64,000 nt of DNA from Flavobacterium sp. (GCF_047602195.1 NZ_JASGHW010000003.1:167173-231172); one strand, 5' to 3'; positions 1 through 11,836 are shown, counted from the stretch's first letter. Notes: a model not told the origin generated them from the letters alone. Numbers and translations: made by a program.

Positions 1-3000
1 GGTACCGGAACTACTTTTGTGGAAAGACTCAAGGTAGCTTATGGCACTTCTCCGGGTAACGCTGCGATGACCAATGCAATTGCAGACCATCCGAATGTGA
101 ACTTCTCTGTTCCGGTAACGAATACCGTAGATTTCACGCCTACTGCAACTGGCGTTTACTACATCGGATTCAATGCCTATTCAATTGCGGACAGATTCTA
201 TTTGTTCGTAGATGATATTTCCGTGATCGCTGCTCCGCCGGCCATTACCAGTTTCGCTCCTATGTCTGTTTGTCAAAATGCTGACGCAGCCGGAAGAACA
301 GTGGTAATTACTGGTACCATGTTGGCCAACGTAACAGGGGTAGACTTTAACGGTGTACCTGCTGTGAGCTTCAACGTGGACAGCAATACACAAATTACGG
401 CAGTAGCTCCGGCTTCTGTTGGCGCTACCGGATTCATCACGGTGACCGATCCGAACACGATGGCTGCAAGCACCGGTACATTTACGGTTAATGCAGCGCC
501 AACAGTGGCAGACATTACTGCACCTGGAGACGCAACCAACATCTGTATGCCAGATACGTTGACTTTGTCTAACGTAACGCCTACAGGGGTTTGGAGTTCA
601 TCGGATATCGACATCGCTACAGTAAGCGGATCTGGGGTTGTCACTCCGGTTGATACTGGTGCAGTGACCATCACCTACACCGTCACCGATGGGGTTACAG
701 GTTGCAGCACGGCTAAAACCTATGACCTTACCATCAGCGAGCCGGTTCAAATCGTTTCAAGTACACCAACGCAAACCACGACAATCGGGGGCAACACTTC
801 GTTCTCGGTAGTGGCTTCAGGTACTGGAAACCCAGGTTTGACTTACCAATGGCAAGTCAATACCGACGAAACCGGTGAAACGTTTACTGATGTGGTAGAC
901 GGAACCAATTTCAGTGGTGCTACAACGGCTACCTTGAACTTGACCGATGTACCAGCTTCATTCAACAACTATTTCTTCCAGTGTGTGGTTACCGGCGTTT
1001 GTAACTCGGTTATCTCTGACCTTGCAATCTTGATCGTGGGTGAGACTGGTATTGTAACACATCCTTCGAATGTAACGATCTGTGATTCAGGAACAGGTGA
1101 GGCCCAATTCACCGTAGAAGGTTCTCCAGATGTTGAAACTTACCAATGGCAAGAAGACCAAGGTGGGGACAACTGGCAAAACCTTTCTAATGCGGGCATG
1201 TATTCAGGAACTACTACGGCTACTTTGACATTGACAGGCGTAACTTCGGTTAACAACACCTGGAGATACAAATGTATCGTTACCGGAAACGGAACGGCAG
1301 AGTCTAACCCTGCATCGTTGTTCGTGATCGAATCGGCTTCTGTCGATACAGATCCTACTGCACAATCCGTATGTTACACAGGAGGTTCTGCGGTATTTAC
1401 CGTAGGTGCTTCAGGTGGAATCGCATCATACCAATGGCAATTGTCAACCAACGGAGGTGGTAGCTGGAACGCAGTGGCAAACGGCACACCAGTCGGAGCT
1501 ACTTACACCGGCGCTTCTTCTGCGAATTTGACCGTCAATACGACTGCGGCTACACCAGTAGCAAATTACTTGTACCGTGCAATGGTCAATGCTACGGCTC
1601 CATGTGCCAACGTACCGTCACAAGGCGCGCAATTGATCATCAACCAACCTGCTATTACCGGACAACCGGCCAATACTTCGGTTTTCGGTGGCAACACTGC
1701 TACTTTTACCGTAGGTACTTCTGCAGGTTCGCCAACTTACCAGTGGCAATATGCTACGGCATTGGCTGGTCCTTACAGCAACGTTGTAAACGGTACACCT
1801 GCTGGTGTAACCTACAACAACGCTACGACCGCGACTTTGTCAGTGGTGACCAGCGGTACCGTTGCGGTTAGCTCGGCACGTTACTACAGGGCTGTTGTTT
1901 CTTCACCGGTGGGCTGTTCTTCGAACTCTAACGGAGGACAATTGACCATCAACAACTACTGCTTGCCAACTTACGGCGCAGGACCTGGTACTGTGGATCA
2001 AATTGCCAACGTATCGGTAGGAACTTTGAACAACCCAACAGGTTCGTTGCCGTCTCCTTACTATACCGTTTATGAAAACGTCAATATTCCTGACTTTACC
2101 CGTTCGACTACGGTAAACGTTTCGGTTACTTTTGGTAACGATACGACCAACAACTGTGGTATCTGGGTGGATTTCAACCAAAATGGTGTTTTCGATACTT
2201 CGGAAGCGTTCTTGTCGACTGCAGCTTCTGCAGGAGCAACAACGGCCAACGGAACCAGCGTCATTGCTATTCCGATTCCAGCCGGAGCGGTTCTTGGAAA
2301 AACCAGAATGAGGGTTAGAGGTGGTGAAGACACTGTTTTGACTGCTACCCAAGCTTGTGGTGCTTCAAGTGACTCAGACGGTGAAGCCGAAGATTACTAT
2401 GTAAATATCGTTCCATTGCCAGAGTGTTCTACTCCGGTTGCCGGAACCATCAGCGCTTCTTTGGACAGCGTTTGTACCAGCGGTTCGGTTGTTTTGACTG
2501 CAACAGGCTACAGTACAAACCAAAATGGAATCAGCTTGCAGTGGTACAACTCAAGTGGTGCTATTGCGACTGCTACGAATCCAACATATACCACACCGGT
2601 ATTGACTGCTCCTGAGACTTATTACTTGAGAGTAACTTGTGCCAATGGTGGTGCTTTCGCAGATACTGCGTCTAAAACAATCGACGTGGTAACGCCAGCG
2701 GTATTGACCACCACTCCTGGAAGCCGTTGTGGAACCGGTACAGTGGCACTCAGCGCGACTGCTTCGCCTGGAACGGTGTTGAAATGGTATGCCGCCGCTT
2801 CAGGTGGTGCGCCATTATTTACAGGAACCAACTTCACTACACCTTCGATTGCAGCTTCTACCAACTACTACGTAGCGGCTGAAACGGCAGGAGGTGCAGG
2901 ATACGGACAAGTAGGTACAGCTACGACTTTGACAGTCGCAACCGAACAACCGACTGCTTTCTGTAACCGTTGGCCGCAATACCGTGCCCAGCATGTATTT

Positions 3001-5931
3001 ACTGCTGCAGAATTGACTGCTGCGGGTCTGACTGCTGGAAAAATCACATCGATTACCTTGAACATTTCAACATTAGGAGATTCTGCGAACAACGCAAACT
3101 TCATTGTAAAAATGGGAACTACCGCGAGTTCGACATTAACGACAACATTCGTAACTGGTTTGCCAACCGTATTTGGTCCTGCGACCTATACGCATGCAGT
3201 GGGATTGAATAAAATTACATTCAATACGCCATTCGACTGGAACGGTACGTCTAACGTAATTGTTGAGATTTCACACAGTGGAGCAGACAACATCAACAAC
3301 TCGCAAACGTATTATACAGCGACTGCAGGAAACACTGTAGTATGGTCGAATGCGGTTGCTCCAACAACAGGAACCACTTCGGTGAACCGTATGAACATCA
3401 TCTTCGACGGTACATTGTGTTCTTCTGCACGTTCGACAGTTGCCGCTACGGTAACTGCACCGCCTGCTTTGACCATCAGTGCTGCGGCTGCAACGATCTG
3501 TTCAGGAACGCCATCTAACTTGGTGACCATCACTTCGCCGTTGGCCAACTTCGACAGCTACTTCTGGACGCCTTCAACTGGTGTAACCGGAACGGCTGCT
3601 ACAGGTTATACTTTCAATGCTTCGTCATCGACTGCATATACGTTGACTGGGGTGCAATCTTCAGGTGACTTGTGTCAGAACATTGCGGCTTTCAACTTGA
3701 CAGTAAATCCTACGCCAGCGACGCCTGTGATTTCTCAGGCAAGTACTACCATCTGTAACGGTGATATTGTTCCGTTGAATATCGGTACGTCGAGTACTAC
3801 GACTGGAACTGGAATTTTTGGTGCGGGAACTACTTCACAGGGTACCTTGTCTTATCCAAACCCGTTCAGTGGTTTCTATGGTGGAGCCAAACACCAGATG
3901 ATCATCACGGCATCTGAATTGACTGCACAGGGATTGGCTGCTGGTTCAAACATCACCTCGGTGTCGTTCAACATCAGCGCATTTACTGCCGCTGCTTGTG
4001 CCAACCTCACCATCAGAATGGGTAACACGGCCTTGACTGCCTTGACCGGATTTGTTACAGGAACGACGGCAGTGTACGGTCCTACGACCTACACTCCTTC
4101 TGCTACAGGCTTGGTAACCTTTACATTGACTACGCCTTATACTTGGAACGGTACTTCAAACCTTGTTGTGGAAACAGTCCACAATGCTGGAAACGGAGGA
4201 AACGGTTCAGGTACAACAACCTTTAACACCACTACTGCAACCAATACGGTTTATTATGGTGCTAAAGACAGCGTGACTGGAGGTATTGCTGGATTTGATA
4301 GCCAAACTACTTATGGCGTCAATGGTGCTAGTAACCAAAGACCTAACATGAGATTCGGATTCACGACTTCGCTGATTCCTTCCTGGTCTCCTGCGGCGGG
4401 ACTTTACACCGACGCCGGTGCAACCGTTCCATACGTGAGCGGTCCGGCGGCTACGGTCTATGCCAAACCGGCGACGACGTCCTCTTATACGGCCACGGTA
4501 AGTTCATCGGCCGGATGTCCAGCGACCAGCGCTGCGACTACCATTACGGTGAACCAATTCTATCCGTTCTATGTGGATGTTGACGGTGACCACTACGGAA
4601 CCGGAGCCCCTGTATCATTGTGTGCTGCCAGCGCATCTACACCTCCTACGGGCTATGCAGCCGTAGGCGGCGACTGTAACGACGCCGTTGCTGCGATCAA
4701 CCCAGGCCATGCCGAGGTATTGTACAACGGAGTGGACGACAACTGCGACGGCAACCTCGACGAGGGCAACCAACTGGTGACCCAGTTATTGGCGGCCTCT
4801 TGCGGGGCGACCTTGACCTCTATCGGTTCACTGATCGGTATCCAGACGATCGCACCGGCCTCGACCATCACCAGATGGAGAATCCGTGCGACCAACGGAG
4901 CACAGGTACAGACCATAGAGACCAACGTGCCGCACTTCACCATGCCTCAGTTCCCATCGTATGCGTATGCGACCACGTATACCATCGCGATCGAACTGCA
5001 GCGCAACGGCGTGTGGCTGGGCTACTACGGCCCGAACTGTTTCGTGTCTACCCCAGCCATCCTCGAGGAAGGCGGAGCGGCGGCGGTATCTCCTTCGCAG
5101 TGTGGCATCACATTGCCTAAGATCAATACCTTGATCGCGACCACGAGCATCCAGGGCGTTACCGGATACCGTTTCCGCGTGACCAACCTGACCGACGTCT
5201 CTGGCCCTAATGCGGTGCAGACGATCGACCGTACGCAGAACTGGTTCAGCCTTCAGATGCTGACCCGTTACAACTACGGTACGACCTATCGCATCGAGGT
5301 GGCCGTGAAGACCACGGGAACCTATGGCGGATACGGATCTCCATGTGAGGTTTCATCCCCAGCGGTGCCTTCACTGGTGAACTGTGGTGGTGTTGCGACT
5401 TCCGGAACACAGACCATTGCCGCCACGAGCGTATCGGGTGCTACCCAGTACCGCTTCCAGATCACCAGACAGTCAGACAACGCATCGACCACGATCGACA
5501 GAAGTACCAACTACTTCGTCTTCAATGCAGTTCCGTCTTCAGCCTTCACGGCCGGCGCACTGTATACCGTACGTGTTGCGGTGATGACTACCGGTACCTG
5601 GTCGCCGTTCGGTGATGCCTGCGAGATCACGGCCCCAGGCGGAACGGCCAAGGTGGCTGCGGGAACAGGACAGAGCTCATCTGATCTGTTCAGGGCCCAG
5701 GCGATGCCGAACCCATTCACTGCCGACTTTGGCATCGATGTCATGACATCGAACAAGGGCAACGTGCAGTTGATGGTGTACGACATGCTCGGCAAGTTGA
5801 TCGAGTCGAGGGAAGTCAAGCTTGAGGACCTGAGCGTGGAGAAAATCGGATCGAACTATCCATCGGGCGTGTACAATGTGATTGTGACGCAGGATAATGT
5901 CGTGAAGACGCTTCGCGTGATCAAGAGATAA
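1..5931 (+). CDS. Giant T9SS-sorted surface protein/adhesin, 5' end truncated by the window edge. Contains IPT/TIG, Big_2 and repeated Ig-like 'YQWQ' domains, a GEVED domain, a MopE-like Cys-rich metal-binding motif and a T9SS C-terminal sorting domain.
   Basis: The frame is open from base 1 with no upstream stop. The [10 protein letters not shown] motif is GEVED-like. There are six or more YQWQ-containing Ig-like repeats. The motif DVDGDHYG...[26 protein letters not shown] is present. The C-terminal ~75 aa (NPFTADF...[21 protein letters not shown]) is typical of a type A Por/T9SS sorting domain. A terminator follows the stop. Confidence 0.85.
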   Translation, partial: GTGTTFVERLKVAYGTSPGNAAMTNAIADHPNVNFSVPVTNTVDFTPTATGVYYIGFNAYSIADRFYLFVDDISVIAAPPAITSFAPMSVCQNADAAGRTVVITGTMLANVTGVDFNGVPAVSFNVDSNTQITAVAPASVGATGFITVTDPNTMAASTGTFTVNAAPTVADITAPGDATNICMPDTLTLSNVTPTGVWSSSDIDIATVSGSGVVTPVDTGAVTITYTVTDGVTGCSTAKTYDLTISEPVQIVSSTPTQTTTIGGNTSFSVVASGTGNPGLTYQWQVNTDETGETFTDVVDGTNFSGATTATLNLTDVPASFNNYFFQCVVTGVCNSVISDLAILIVGETGIVTHPSNVTICDSGTGEAQFTVEGSPDVETYQWQEDQGGDNWQNLSNAGMYSGTTTATLTLTGVTSVNNTWRYKCIVTGNGTAESNPASLFVIESASVDTDPTAQSVCYTGGSAVFTVGASGGIASYQWQLSTNGGGSWNAVANGTPVGATYTGASSANLTVNTTAATPVANYLYRAMVNATAPCANVPSQGAQLIINQPAITGQPANTSVFGGNTATFTVGTSAGSPTYQWQYATALAGPYSNVVNGTPAGVTYNNATTATLSVVTSGTVAVSSARYYRAVVSSPVGCSSNSNGGQLTINNYCLPTYGAGPGTVDQIANVSVGTLNNPTGSLPSPYYTVYENVNIPDFTRSTTVNVSVTFGNDTTNNCGIWVDFNQNGVFDTSEAFLSTAASAGATTANGTSVIAIPIPAGAVLGKTRMRVRGGEDTVLTATQACGASSDSDGEAEDYYVNIVPLPECSTPVAGTISASLDSVCTSGSVVLTATGYSTNQNGISLQWYNSSGAIATATNPTYTTPVLTAPETYYLRVTCANGGAFADTASKTIDVVTPAVLTTTPGSRCGTGTVALSATASPGTVLKWYAAASGGAPLFTGTNFTTPSIAASTNYYVAAETAGGAGYGQVGTATTLTVATEQPTAFCNRWPQYRAQHVFTAAELTAAGLTAGKITSITLNISTLGDSANNANFIVKMGTTASSTLTTTFVTGLPTVFGPATYTHAVGLNKITFNTPFDWNGTSNVIVEISHSGADNINNSQTYYTATAGNTVVWSNAVAPTTGTTSVNRMNIIFDGTLCSSARSTVAATVTAPPALTISAAAATICSGTPSNLVTITSPLANFDSYFWTPSTGVTGTAATGYTFNASSSTAYTLTGVQSSGDLCQNIAAFNLTVNPTPATPVISQASTTICNGDIVPLNIGTSSTTTGTGIFGAGTTSQGTLSYPNPFSGFYGGAKHQMIITASELTAQGLAAGSNITSVSFNISAFTAAACANLTIRMGNTALTALTGFVTGTTAVYGPTTYTPSATGLVTFTLTTPYTWNGTSNLVVETVHNAGNGGNGSGTTTFNTTTATNTVYYGAKDSVTGGIAGFDSQTTYGVNGASNQRPNMRFGFTTSLIPSWSPAAGLYTDAGATVPYVSGPAATVYAKPATTSSYTATVSSSAGCPATSAATTITVNQFYPFYVDVDGDHYGTGAPVSLCAASASTPPTGYAAVGGDCNDAVAAINPGHAEVLYNGVDDNCDGNLDEGNQLVTQLLAASCGATLTSIGSLIGIQTIAPASTITRWRIRATNGAQVQTIETNVPHFTMPQFPSYAYATTYTIAIELQRNGVWLGYYGPNCFVSTPAILEEGGAAAVSPSQCGITLPKINTLIATTSIQGVTGYRFRVTNLTDVSGPNAVQTIDRTQNWFSLQMLTRYNYGTTYRIEVAVKTTGTYGGYGSPCEVSSPAVPSLVNCGGVATSGTQTIAATSVSGATQYRFQITRQSDNASTTIDRSTNYFVFNAVPSSAFTAGALYTVRVAVMTTGTWSPFGDACEITAPGGTAKVAAGTGQSSSDLFRAQAMPNPFTADFGIDVMTSNKGNVQLMVYDMLGKLIESREVKLEDLSVEKIGSNYPSGVYNVIVTQDNVVKTLRVIKR

Positions 5932-5953
5932 AACCTAAATTATCTTTAATAGA

Positions 5954-5985
5954 AAGCCCCTTCGGAAACGGAGGGGCTTTTTTTA
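5954..5985 (+). terminator. Rho-independent terminator after the first adhesin gene
   Basis: An 8-bp stem AAGCCCCT/AGGGGCTT is followed by a T-run. Confidence 0.7.
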
Positions 5986-6413
5986 TTTGGTATGCTGGTG
6001 CAATGTAATTTCACGCTGCGGGATCGGATTGAGGCGTCGTATTTTTCGAATTTCATCAACTGAGCTAGGTTTTTCTTACAGGATTGGCAAAATCCACTCC
6101 TTAATAATATAGTCAATTTTTTGACATGAAGCCCCAAAAAACAAACGGAATAGGTGAAATGCATCTTTCGGGGGTTAAAGTGCTAACGCCCAGTGTTTAA
6201 ACGTGTTTTACGGTTTTTGGTCGAGTATTTTTTTTTGAGATTTCAATACGGAGTTACTTTACATTTAATTAGGAGAAAGTGCCTATTTGCAACGTATAAA
6301 TGAGTAATCCTCAAAATTAAATACCTATGAATATGAAAACTACATTACTACGAACCGGCAGGTTGTGGGAAAGTTCCCAGGATCGTGAGCCCAATTCCTT
6401 TTCATTAAGGAAA

Positions 6414-9400
6414 ATGAAATTCGTTGTATTTGTAATGTTGCTCGCCAGTTTGTTTTTTACGGACCATGCAGTCGCACAGATTGCGTTGAGGGCTTCATCT
6501 ACAGCTACAACCACAAGTACTACAGTGACCATTAACAAACCTGCGGGACTTGTTGTTGGTGATGTGATGCTTGCGCAAATTATGCAAAGCGGGACCGATG
6601 GTTCTGCCTTTAACGATGCCACGAGTTCCGGATGGACATTTGTCGCGGGAAGCAATATGAACCCTTCGGGAAATAGCAGATACCGCGGTACCATTTTGTA
6701 CAAAATCGCTACGGCTACCGATGTCGCGGCGACCAGCTTTGCTTTTACTTTAGATGGTGATTCAGACGACGGGCAAGGTGGTATTTCTGCCTTTTCCGGA
6801 GTAGACATTGCCGGAGGCTTGAATGAGAATGGCGCAGCGGGCGGTCCGTTTGATGTGGATCCAGGCAACGCTTACAACAACATTGCGGCTGACTCCCAGC
6901 TCAATGCGAACGGAATTACGACTTCGACGGCCAATGCGGCGGTTATTTTCTTCGGGATGATGGCCAATGACACCAATGGAGGTGTTGTTTCGGCTACAAA
7001 CCCTTCGAGCTGGACCGAATTGTATGACGAAGATTTTGACAACAGCAACCTCGATACGGGAATCATTTCTTCTTGGGGAACCAGAACAACCGCTGGAGCG
7101 ACCGGAAATGCCGCTTCTAATTTGGGTGCTTCAACCACTAACGGTGCGATATTGATTGCACTCAGAAGATTTACAGGAACGATTTCTACGGGAACGGTGA
7201 CCGGACCTATTTGCGCCGGAAGCAACATTTCGGTGCCTTATACCATCACAGGAACATATGCGACAGGAAACGTCTTTACTGCCCAGCTTTCAAGCTCGGC
7301 GGGAAGTTTCTCATCGCCGACCGCGATCGGAACCGCAACGGCTACTACTGCTGGTTCTATTTCGGCTACCATCCCTGCAGGACAGGGAGCAGGTTCAAAC
7401 TACAGGATCCGCGTGGTTTCCAATTTCCCACCGGCTACCGGATCGGATAATGGGGCTAACCTCACGATTGTAGTTGCTCCGACGGCATCTGCCGGATCAG
7501 CTTTCAATGCTTGTATCTCGAATACAAATATTGCTATTGGAACAGGGGCGACCGCCGGTAATAATTCTGGCGTCCTTTGGACTTCCAACGGAACAGGAAC
7601 CATCAACAGTGCGAGTTCTCTCAATGGCGCTACTTATACACCGGGTGTAGGCGAAGCGGCTACGGTTACGTTCACTTTGACTGCTTCAGGCAATTCACCA
7701 TGCGGGAATGCGACTTCCAATAAGGTCATGACTTTCTTCCAACAGCCAACGGCCACTGGAGGCGGAAGCGCGACAATTTGTGTGGGCCAGCCCCATGTGG
7801 TTTCTGGAATGACTTCATCAAACGGAGCCATTTCTTGGACTGAAAACGGCGCGGGATCGATTACGGCTAACGGAACCACTACTGCACCGACCTATACGCC
7901 GGCTGCTGGCGATGCCGGAAACACAGTTACGCTGACCATGACGGTTGCCAACAGCCCATGTACTTCTGCCCAGGCTACTTACACGATTCAGGTAAACGGT
8001 GCTGCGACTGCCAATGCAGGAACCGCCGTTTCGACTTGTGAAAATGCAGGAGCGGTCAATATTACTACCGGTGCTACTTCAACCAATAATGCAGGCGTGC
8101 TTTGGACTTCTAACGGTTCGGGTACTTTTACCAACGATACTTCACTCACTTTGGCGACCTATGAGCCGAGTGCTGCCGATATTTTGGCCGGAAGCGTAAC
8201 GCTTACCTTGACCGCTACCGGAAACAGCCCTTGTGCCAACGCGTCAAACAACAAGACATTGACCATCAGAAAACTTCCTACTGCATCTGCAGGCGGAAGC
8301 GTGACGATTTGTCAAAACCAAACCCACCAAGTAGTTGGGGCTACGGCATCCAACGGAACCATTTCATGGACTGAAAACGGGGCAGGATCGATTACTGCTG
8401 GTGGTACAACCACTTCGCCGACTTACACCGCTGCTGCGGGTGACGCCGGAAATACCGTGACCTTGACCATGACCGTGACCAACAACCCATGTCCTGCGGC
8501 ACAGGCTACGTACACGATTAATGTATTGGGTGCGGCTACGGCCAATGCAGGATCGGCACTTTCGATGTGTTCGAATGCAGGTGCAACCAACATTTCTTCT
8601 ACAGCAACGGCGACCAACTATTCTGCTGTGGCTTGGACGTCAAACGGAACAGGAACTTTTGCTGGCGACAATACTTTGAATGGGGCTACCTACAATCCAA
8701 GTGCTGCCGATATCTTGGCTGGAAGCGTTACTTTGACGTTGACCGCTTTTGGAAATTCGCCTTGCGGAAATATCACTTCAAACAAAGTGTTGACTATTCG
8801 TCCGGTACCGGTTGCTGCTGATGTGGTGATTTGTCAAGGACAACCAAGTGCAGCTTTCAACGCTTCAGGTTGTGGATCGTTCCCATCGGTGGATGCCGGG
8901 GCCAACTTCCCGACTGCAGCCAGCAATTCAGGAACTGGAACGGCTTGGAGTGCTACGAACAATGTTTATACAGACAATACTTCGTATACCACGATCACCG
9001 GTTCGACCTCTGGTAACACGACTTCGCAAACCCTCATCATTACAGGGTACAACTTTGCGATTCCTGCCAATGCCATCGTTGAAGGGGTATCGGCTACGGT
9101 TGGTAAATTCAGAAGCGGCGGTATTGTTGGAGGGGAAGCCCAGGACAATTCCATCCGATTGGTGAAAGGCGGATCGGCGGCCGGCGACAACAAAGCGGCC
9201 GGAGGCAACTGGTCTACGAGCTCTACCGCTACTGCAAGCTACGGCGGTGTTGCTGATTTGTGGAATGTAAGTTTGACTCCTGCCGATGTCAATGCGTCTA
9301 ACTTTGGTGTGGCTTTCGCGGCTACCGTTACACAAAGTACTTTTGGTAACAGAACGGCCAATTTGGATTACATCAGCTTGACCGTTACTTATAGAATTCC

Positions 9401-11783
9401 GGGGCAACTCGAATGGTATACTGTTTCTTCAGGTGGTACTGCCATCGGAACAGGTTCTTCTTTCAACCCGGTAGGTGTTGTTAACTCTGGCCTTGCCGAT
9501 ACCAATACACCAGGCATTACTACTTATTATGTAGAATGTACTTCGGTGGCTGGTTGCCGTACAGCGGTAAACTATGTGATCAATGCATTGCCTACCGTTA
9601 ATTTCACAGGATTGGCTGCTTCTTATTGCGAAGATGCTTCGGCGGTCACCTTGACCGGTAACCACGCAGGCGGAACATTCTCGGGTGCCGGCATCACCGA
9701 TAACGGCAACGGAACCGCAAGTTTCAACCCTGCCACTGCAGGTGTAGGACCGCACGCGATTACTTATACATATACGGATGGCAATACTTGCGTAAACAAC
9801 AATGTGCAAAATGTAAGCGTATTGCAAAATGTGACTTACTACCAGGATTTCGATAACGATGGTTTCGGAAACGCTGCGGTAAGCCAAGTATCTTGTACAG
9901 GTGCTCCTGTAGGTTATGTAGTCGACAACACCGATTGCAACGATAACAACAACGCCATCCACGCCACATTCTCGTTCTATGCAGATGTTGATGGCGATAG
10001 CTTCGGAGCAGGTGCTTTGGTGCCAGTTTGTGCAGTCGATGCCAATACACCGCCAGCCGGATATTCATTGGATGGAACCGATTGTAATGACAACAACGCC
10101 GCCATCCACGCGACATTCCCATTCTATGCGGATGTCGATGGTGATTCTTACGGAGCCGGAAGCTTGGTAGCGGTTTGTGCTATTGATGCCAACACGCCAC
10201 CAGCCGGATATTCATTGGACGGAACCGATTGCGACGACAACAACGCCGCCATCCACACCACATTCTCATTCTATGTGGATGCCGATAACGATACTTATGG
10301 AACAGGTGATTTGGTTAGCGTTTGTGCCGTTGATGCCAACACGCCACCAACCGGATATTCCTTGAACAACACCGATTGCAACGACAGCGATGCTGCGGCT
10401 TTCCAAAGCGCGACCTTGTATATTGATGCCGACAGCGATGGGTATTCCAATGGGGTAAGCCAAGTAGTGTGCTACGGCGCTACAATCCCAACCGGATATT
10501 TGGCGGCCAACACCATGCTTGATTGCAACGACTCTGTTGCAGCGATCAACCCGGGTCATGCAGAAGTATTGTACAATGGCGTCGATGACAACTGCGATGG
10601 CAACCTCGATGAAGGACATTTGTTGACTACAACTTTGTTGCCTGGATCATGCGGAGCGACCTTGGCTTCTATCGGATCATTGATCGGAATCCAAACCGTG
10701 GGCGGTCACAGCATCACCGGTTACAGAATCCGTGCTACTCTTGGTGCCGAAGTTCAGGTGATCGAGAAAAATGTACCACATTTCACGATGCCACAATTCC
10801 CTTCACATGCCTATGCAAGTACGTACAGCATCGAAATCCAATTGCAACGCAACGGGGTTTGGTTGGGCTATTACGGTCCTGCCTGCCAGGTATCTACTCC
10901 TGCCATCTTGGCTGAAGGCGGAGCGGCTTCGGTTTCTCCATCACAATGTGGGGTAACATTGAACCAAATCAATACGTTGATTGCCACTACCAGCATCCAG
11001 GGTGTTACCGGATACCGTTTCCGTGTAACCAACCTGACCGATCCTTCTGGGCCGAATGCGGTTCAAAGCATCGACCGTACACAAAACTGGTTCAGCTTGC
11101 AAATGCTGACCCGTTACAACTACGGAACGATCTACAGAATCGAAGTGGCGGTGAAAACCACAGGCGACTTCGGCGGTTTTGGTTCGCCATGTGAAATTAC
11201 TTCACCGGCGGTTCCATCATTGATCAACTGCGGCGGAACGGTTGCTTTGGGAACTACGAGAGTAGCGGCCAACAGCGTTTCGGGTGCAACCCAATACCGT
11301 TTCCAAATCGTCAGACAATTGGACAACGCAACGGCGACCATCGACAGAAACACGAACTACTTCTTGTTCAACTCGATTCCACCGGCAGCGTTCACTCCGG
11401 CCTCGCTCTACAGCGTTAGGGTTGCGGTGATGACGGCTGGAACTTGGTCTCCATTCGGTGATGTTTGCGAAATCACCTCTCCGGGTGCAACCGCAAGAGC
11501 CAATGGAAATATGATCGAGGAAACGGCCAACGAAAATGTATTCAAGGTATCGGCCTATCCGAATCCATTTACGTCCGACTTCAATATCGAACTGACTTCT
11601 TCAAGCCAAGAAAGCGTACAACTCAAAGTATACGATATGCTGGGCAAACTGATCGAGTCAAGAGAAGTGAAAGCCGAAGACCTGAACATGGAAAAAGTGG
11701 GCGCCCAATATCCTTCGGGAGTTTACAATGTGATTGTAACCCAAGGATCGGTGGTGAAAACACTGCGTACCGTGAAACGATAA
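6414..11783 (+). CDS. Giant T9SS-sorted surface protein/adhesin, paralogous to the upstream gene over its last ~420 aa. Contains internal 178-aa tandem repeats and five MopE-like putative metal-binding repeats.
   Basis: The ORF runs 6327-11783. The preferred start is the ATG at 6414, which gives the signal peptide MKFVVFVMLLASLFFTDHAVAQ. The C-terminal segment NPFTSDF...[21 protein letters not shown] is a T9SS CTD. A terminator hairpin lies at 11805-11836. Confidence 0.85.
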   Translation: MKFVVFVMLLASLFFTDHAVAQIALRASSTATTTSTTVTINKPAGLVVGDVMLAQIMQSGTDGSAFNDATSSGWTFVAGSNMNPSGNSRYRGTILYKIATATDVAATSFAFTLDGDSDDGQGGISAFSGVDIAGGLNENGAAGGPFDVDPGNAYNNIAADSQLNANGITTSTANAAVIFFGMMANDTNGGVVSATNPSSWTELYDEDFDNSNLDTGIISSWGTRTTAGATGNAASNLGASTTNGAILIALRRFTGTISTGTVTGPICAGSNISVPYTITGTYATGNVFTAQLSSSAGSFSSPTAIGTATATTAGSISATIPAGQGAGSNYRIRVVSNFPPATGSDNGANLTIVVAPTASAGSAFNACISNTNIAIGTGATAGNNSGVLWTSNGTGTINSASSLNGATYTPGVGEAATVTFTLTASGNSPCGNATSNKVMTFFQQPTATGGGSATICVGQPHVVSGMTSSNGAISWTENGAGSITANGTTTAPTYTPAAGDAGNTVTLTMTVANSPCTSAQATYTIQVNGAATANAGTAVSTCENAGAVNITTGATSTNNAGVLWTSNGSGTFTNDTSLTLATYEPSAADILAGSVTLTLTATGNSPCANASNNKTLTIRKLPTASAGGSVTICQNQTHQVVGATASNGTISWTENGAGSITAGGTTTSPTYTAAAGDAGNTVTLTMTVTNNPCPAAQATYTINVLGAATANAGSALSMCSNAGATNISSTATATNYSAVAWTSNGTGTFAGDNTLNGATYNPSAADILAGSVTLTLTAFGNSPCGNITSNKVLTIRPVPVAADVVICQGQPSAAFNASGCGSFPSVDAGANFPTAASNSGTGTAWSATNNVYTDNTSYTTITGSTSGNTTSQTLIITGYNFAIPANAIVEGVSATVGKFRSGGIVGGEAQDNSIRLVKGGSAAGDNKAAGGNWSTSSTATASYGGVADLWNVSLTPADVNASNFGVAFAATVTQSTFGNRTANLDYISLTVTYRIPGQLEWYTVSSGGTAIGTGSSFNPVGVVNSGLADTNTPGITTYYVECTSVAGCRTAVNYVINALPTVNFTGLAASYCEDASAVTLTGNHAGGTFSGAGITDNGNGTASFNPATAGVGPHAITYTYTDGNTCVNNNVQNVSVLQNVTYYQDFDNDGFGNAAVSQVSCTGAPVGYVVDNTDCNDNNNAIHATFSFYADVDGDSFGAGALVPVCAVDANTPPAGYSLDGTDCNDNNAAIHATFPFYADVDGDSYGAGSLVAVCAIDANTPPAGYSLDGTDCDDNNAAIHTTFSFYVDADNDTYGTGDLVSVCAVDANTPPTGYSLNNTDCNDSDAAAFQSATLYIDADSDGYSNGVSQVVCYGATIPTGYLAANTMLDCNDSVAAINPGHAEVLYNGVDDNCDGNLDEGHLLTTTLLPGSCGATLASIGSLIGIQTVGGHSITGYRIRATLGAEVQVIEKNVPHFTMPQFPSHAYASTYSIEIQLQRNGVWLGYYGPACQVSTPAILAEGGAASVSPSQCGVTLNQINTLIATTSIQGVTGYRFRVTNLTDPSGPNAVQSIDRTQNWFSLQMLTRYNYGTIYRIEVAVKTTGDFGGFGSPCEITSPAVPSLINCGGTVALGTTRVAANSVSGATQYRFQIVRQLDNATATIDRNTNYFLFNSIPPAAFTPASLYSVRVAVMTAGTWSPFGDVCEITSPGATARANGNMIEETANENVFKVSAYPNPFTSDFNIELTSSSQESVQLKVYDMLGKLIESREVKAEDLNMEKVGAQYPSGVYNVIVTQGSVVKTLRTVKR
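7480..8810 (+). repeat. About 2.5 tandem copies of a ~534-bp (178-aa) coding repeat inside the second adhesin gene
   Basis: Repeated protein blocks are ...NAG.A.S.C.N...VLWTSNG.GTF...LTLTA.GNSPC.N...ISWTENGAGSITA.GTTT.PTYT.AAGDAGNTVTLTMTV.N.PC..AQATYTI.V. Confidence 0.8.
9840..10620 (+). repeat. Five tandem ~144-bp coding repeats encoding MopE-like putative metal-binding motifs
   Basis: FYADVDGDS(F/Y)GAG.LV.VCA.DANTPPAGYSLDGTDC(N/D)DNNAAIH.TF is repeated. The central two copies are near-identical at DNA level. Confidence 0.85.
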
Positions 11784-11804
11784 ACGTTTAATCCTATAAA
11801 CAGA

Positions 11805-11836
11805 AAACCTTTCCTTAACCGGAAAGGTTTTTTTAT
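11805..11836 (+). terminator. Rho-independent terminator after the second adhesin gene
   Basis: A 10-bp stem AAACCTTTCC/GGAAAGGTTT with loop TTAACC is followed by T7. Confidence 0.75.

Noticed and set aside
5946-6164. A 72-aa ORF in the 480-bp spacer between the two adhesin genes.
   Set aside because: It overlaps the terminator hairpin of the upstream gene, has no start context or recognisable features, and is AT-rich with atypical composition. It is probably non-coding promoter or leader DNA for the second adhesin gene.
6327-6413. N-terminal extensions implied by the ORF track (6327, 13926, 14234, 18595, 24332, 26640, 33083, 39521, 42998, 47118, 52683, 55488).
   Set aside because: In each case a downstream ATG gives a canonical signal peptide or the conserved N-terminus of the family. 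The extension either overlaps a neighbouring gene or runs through intergenic repeats.
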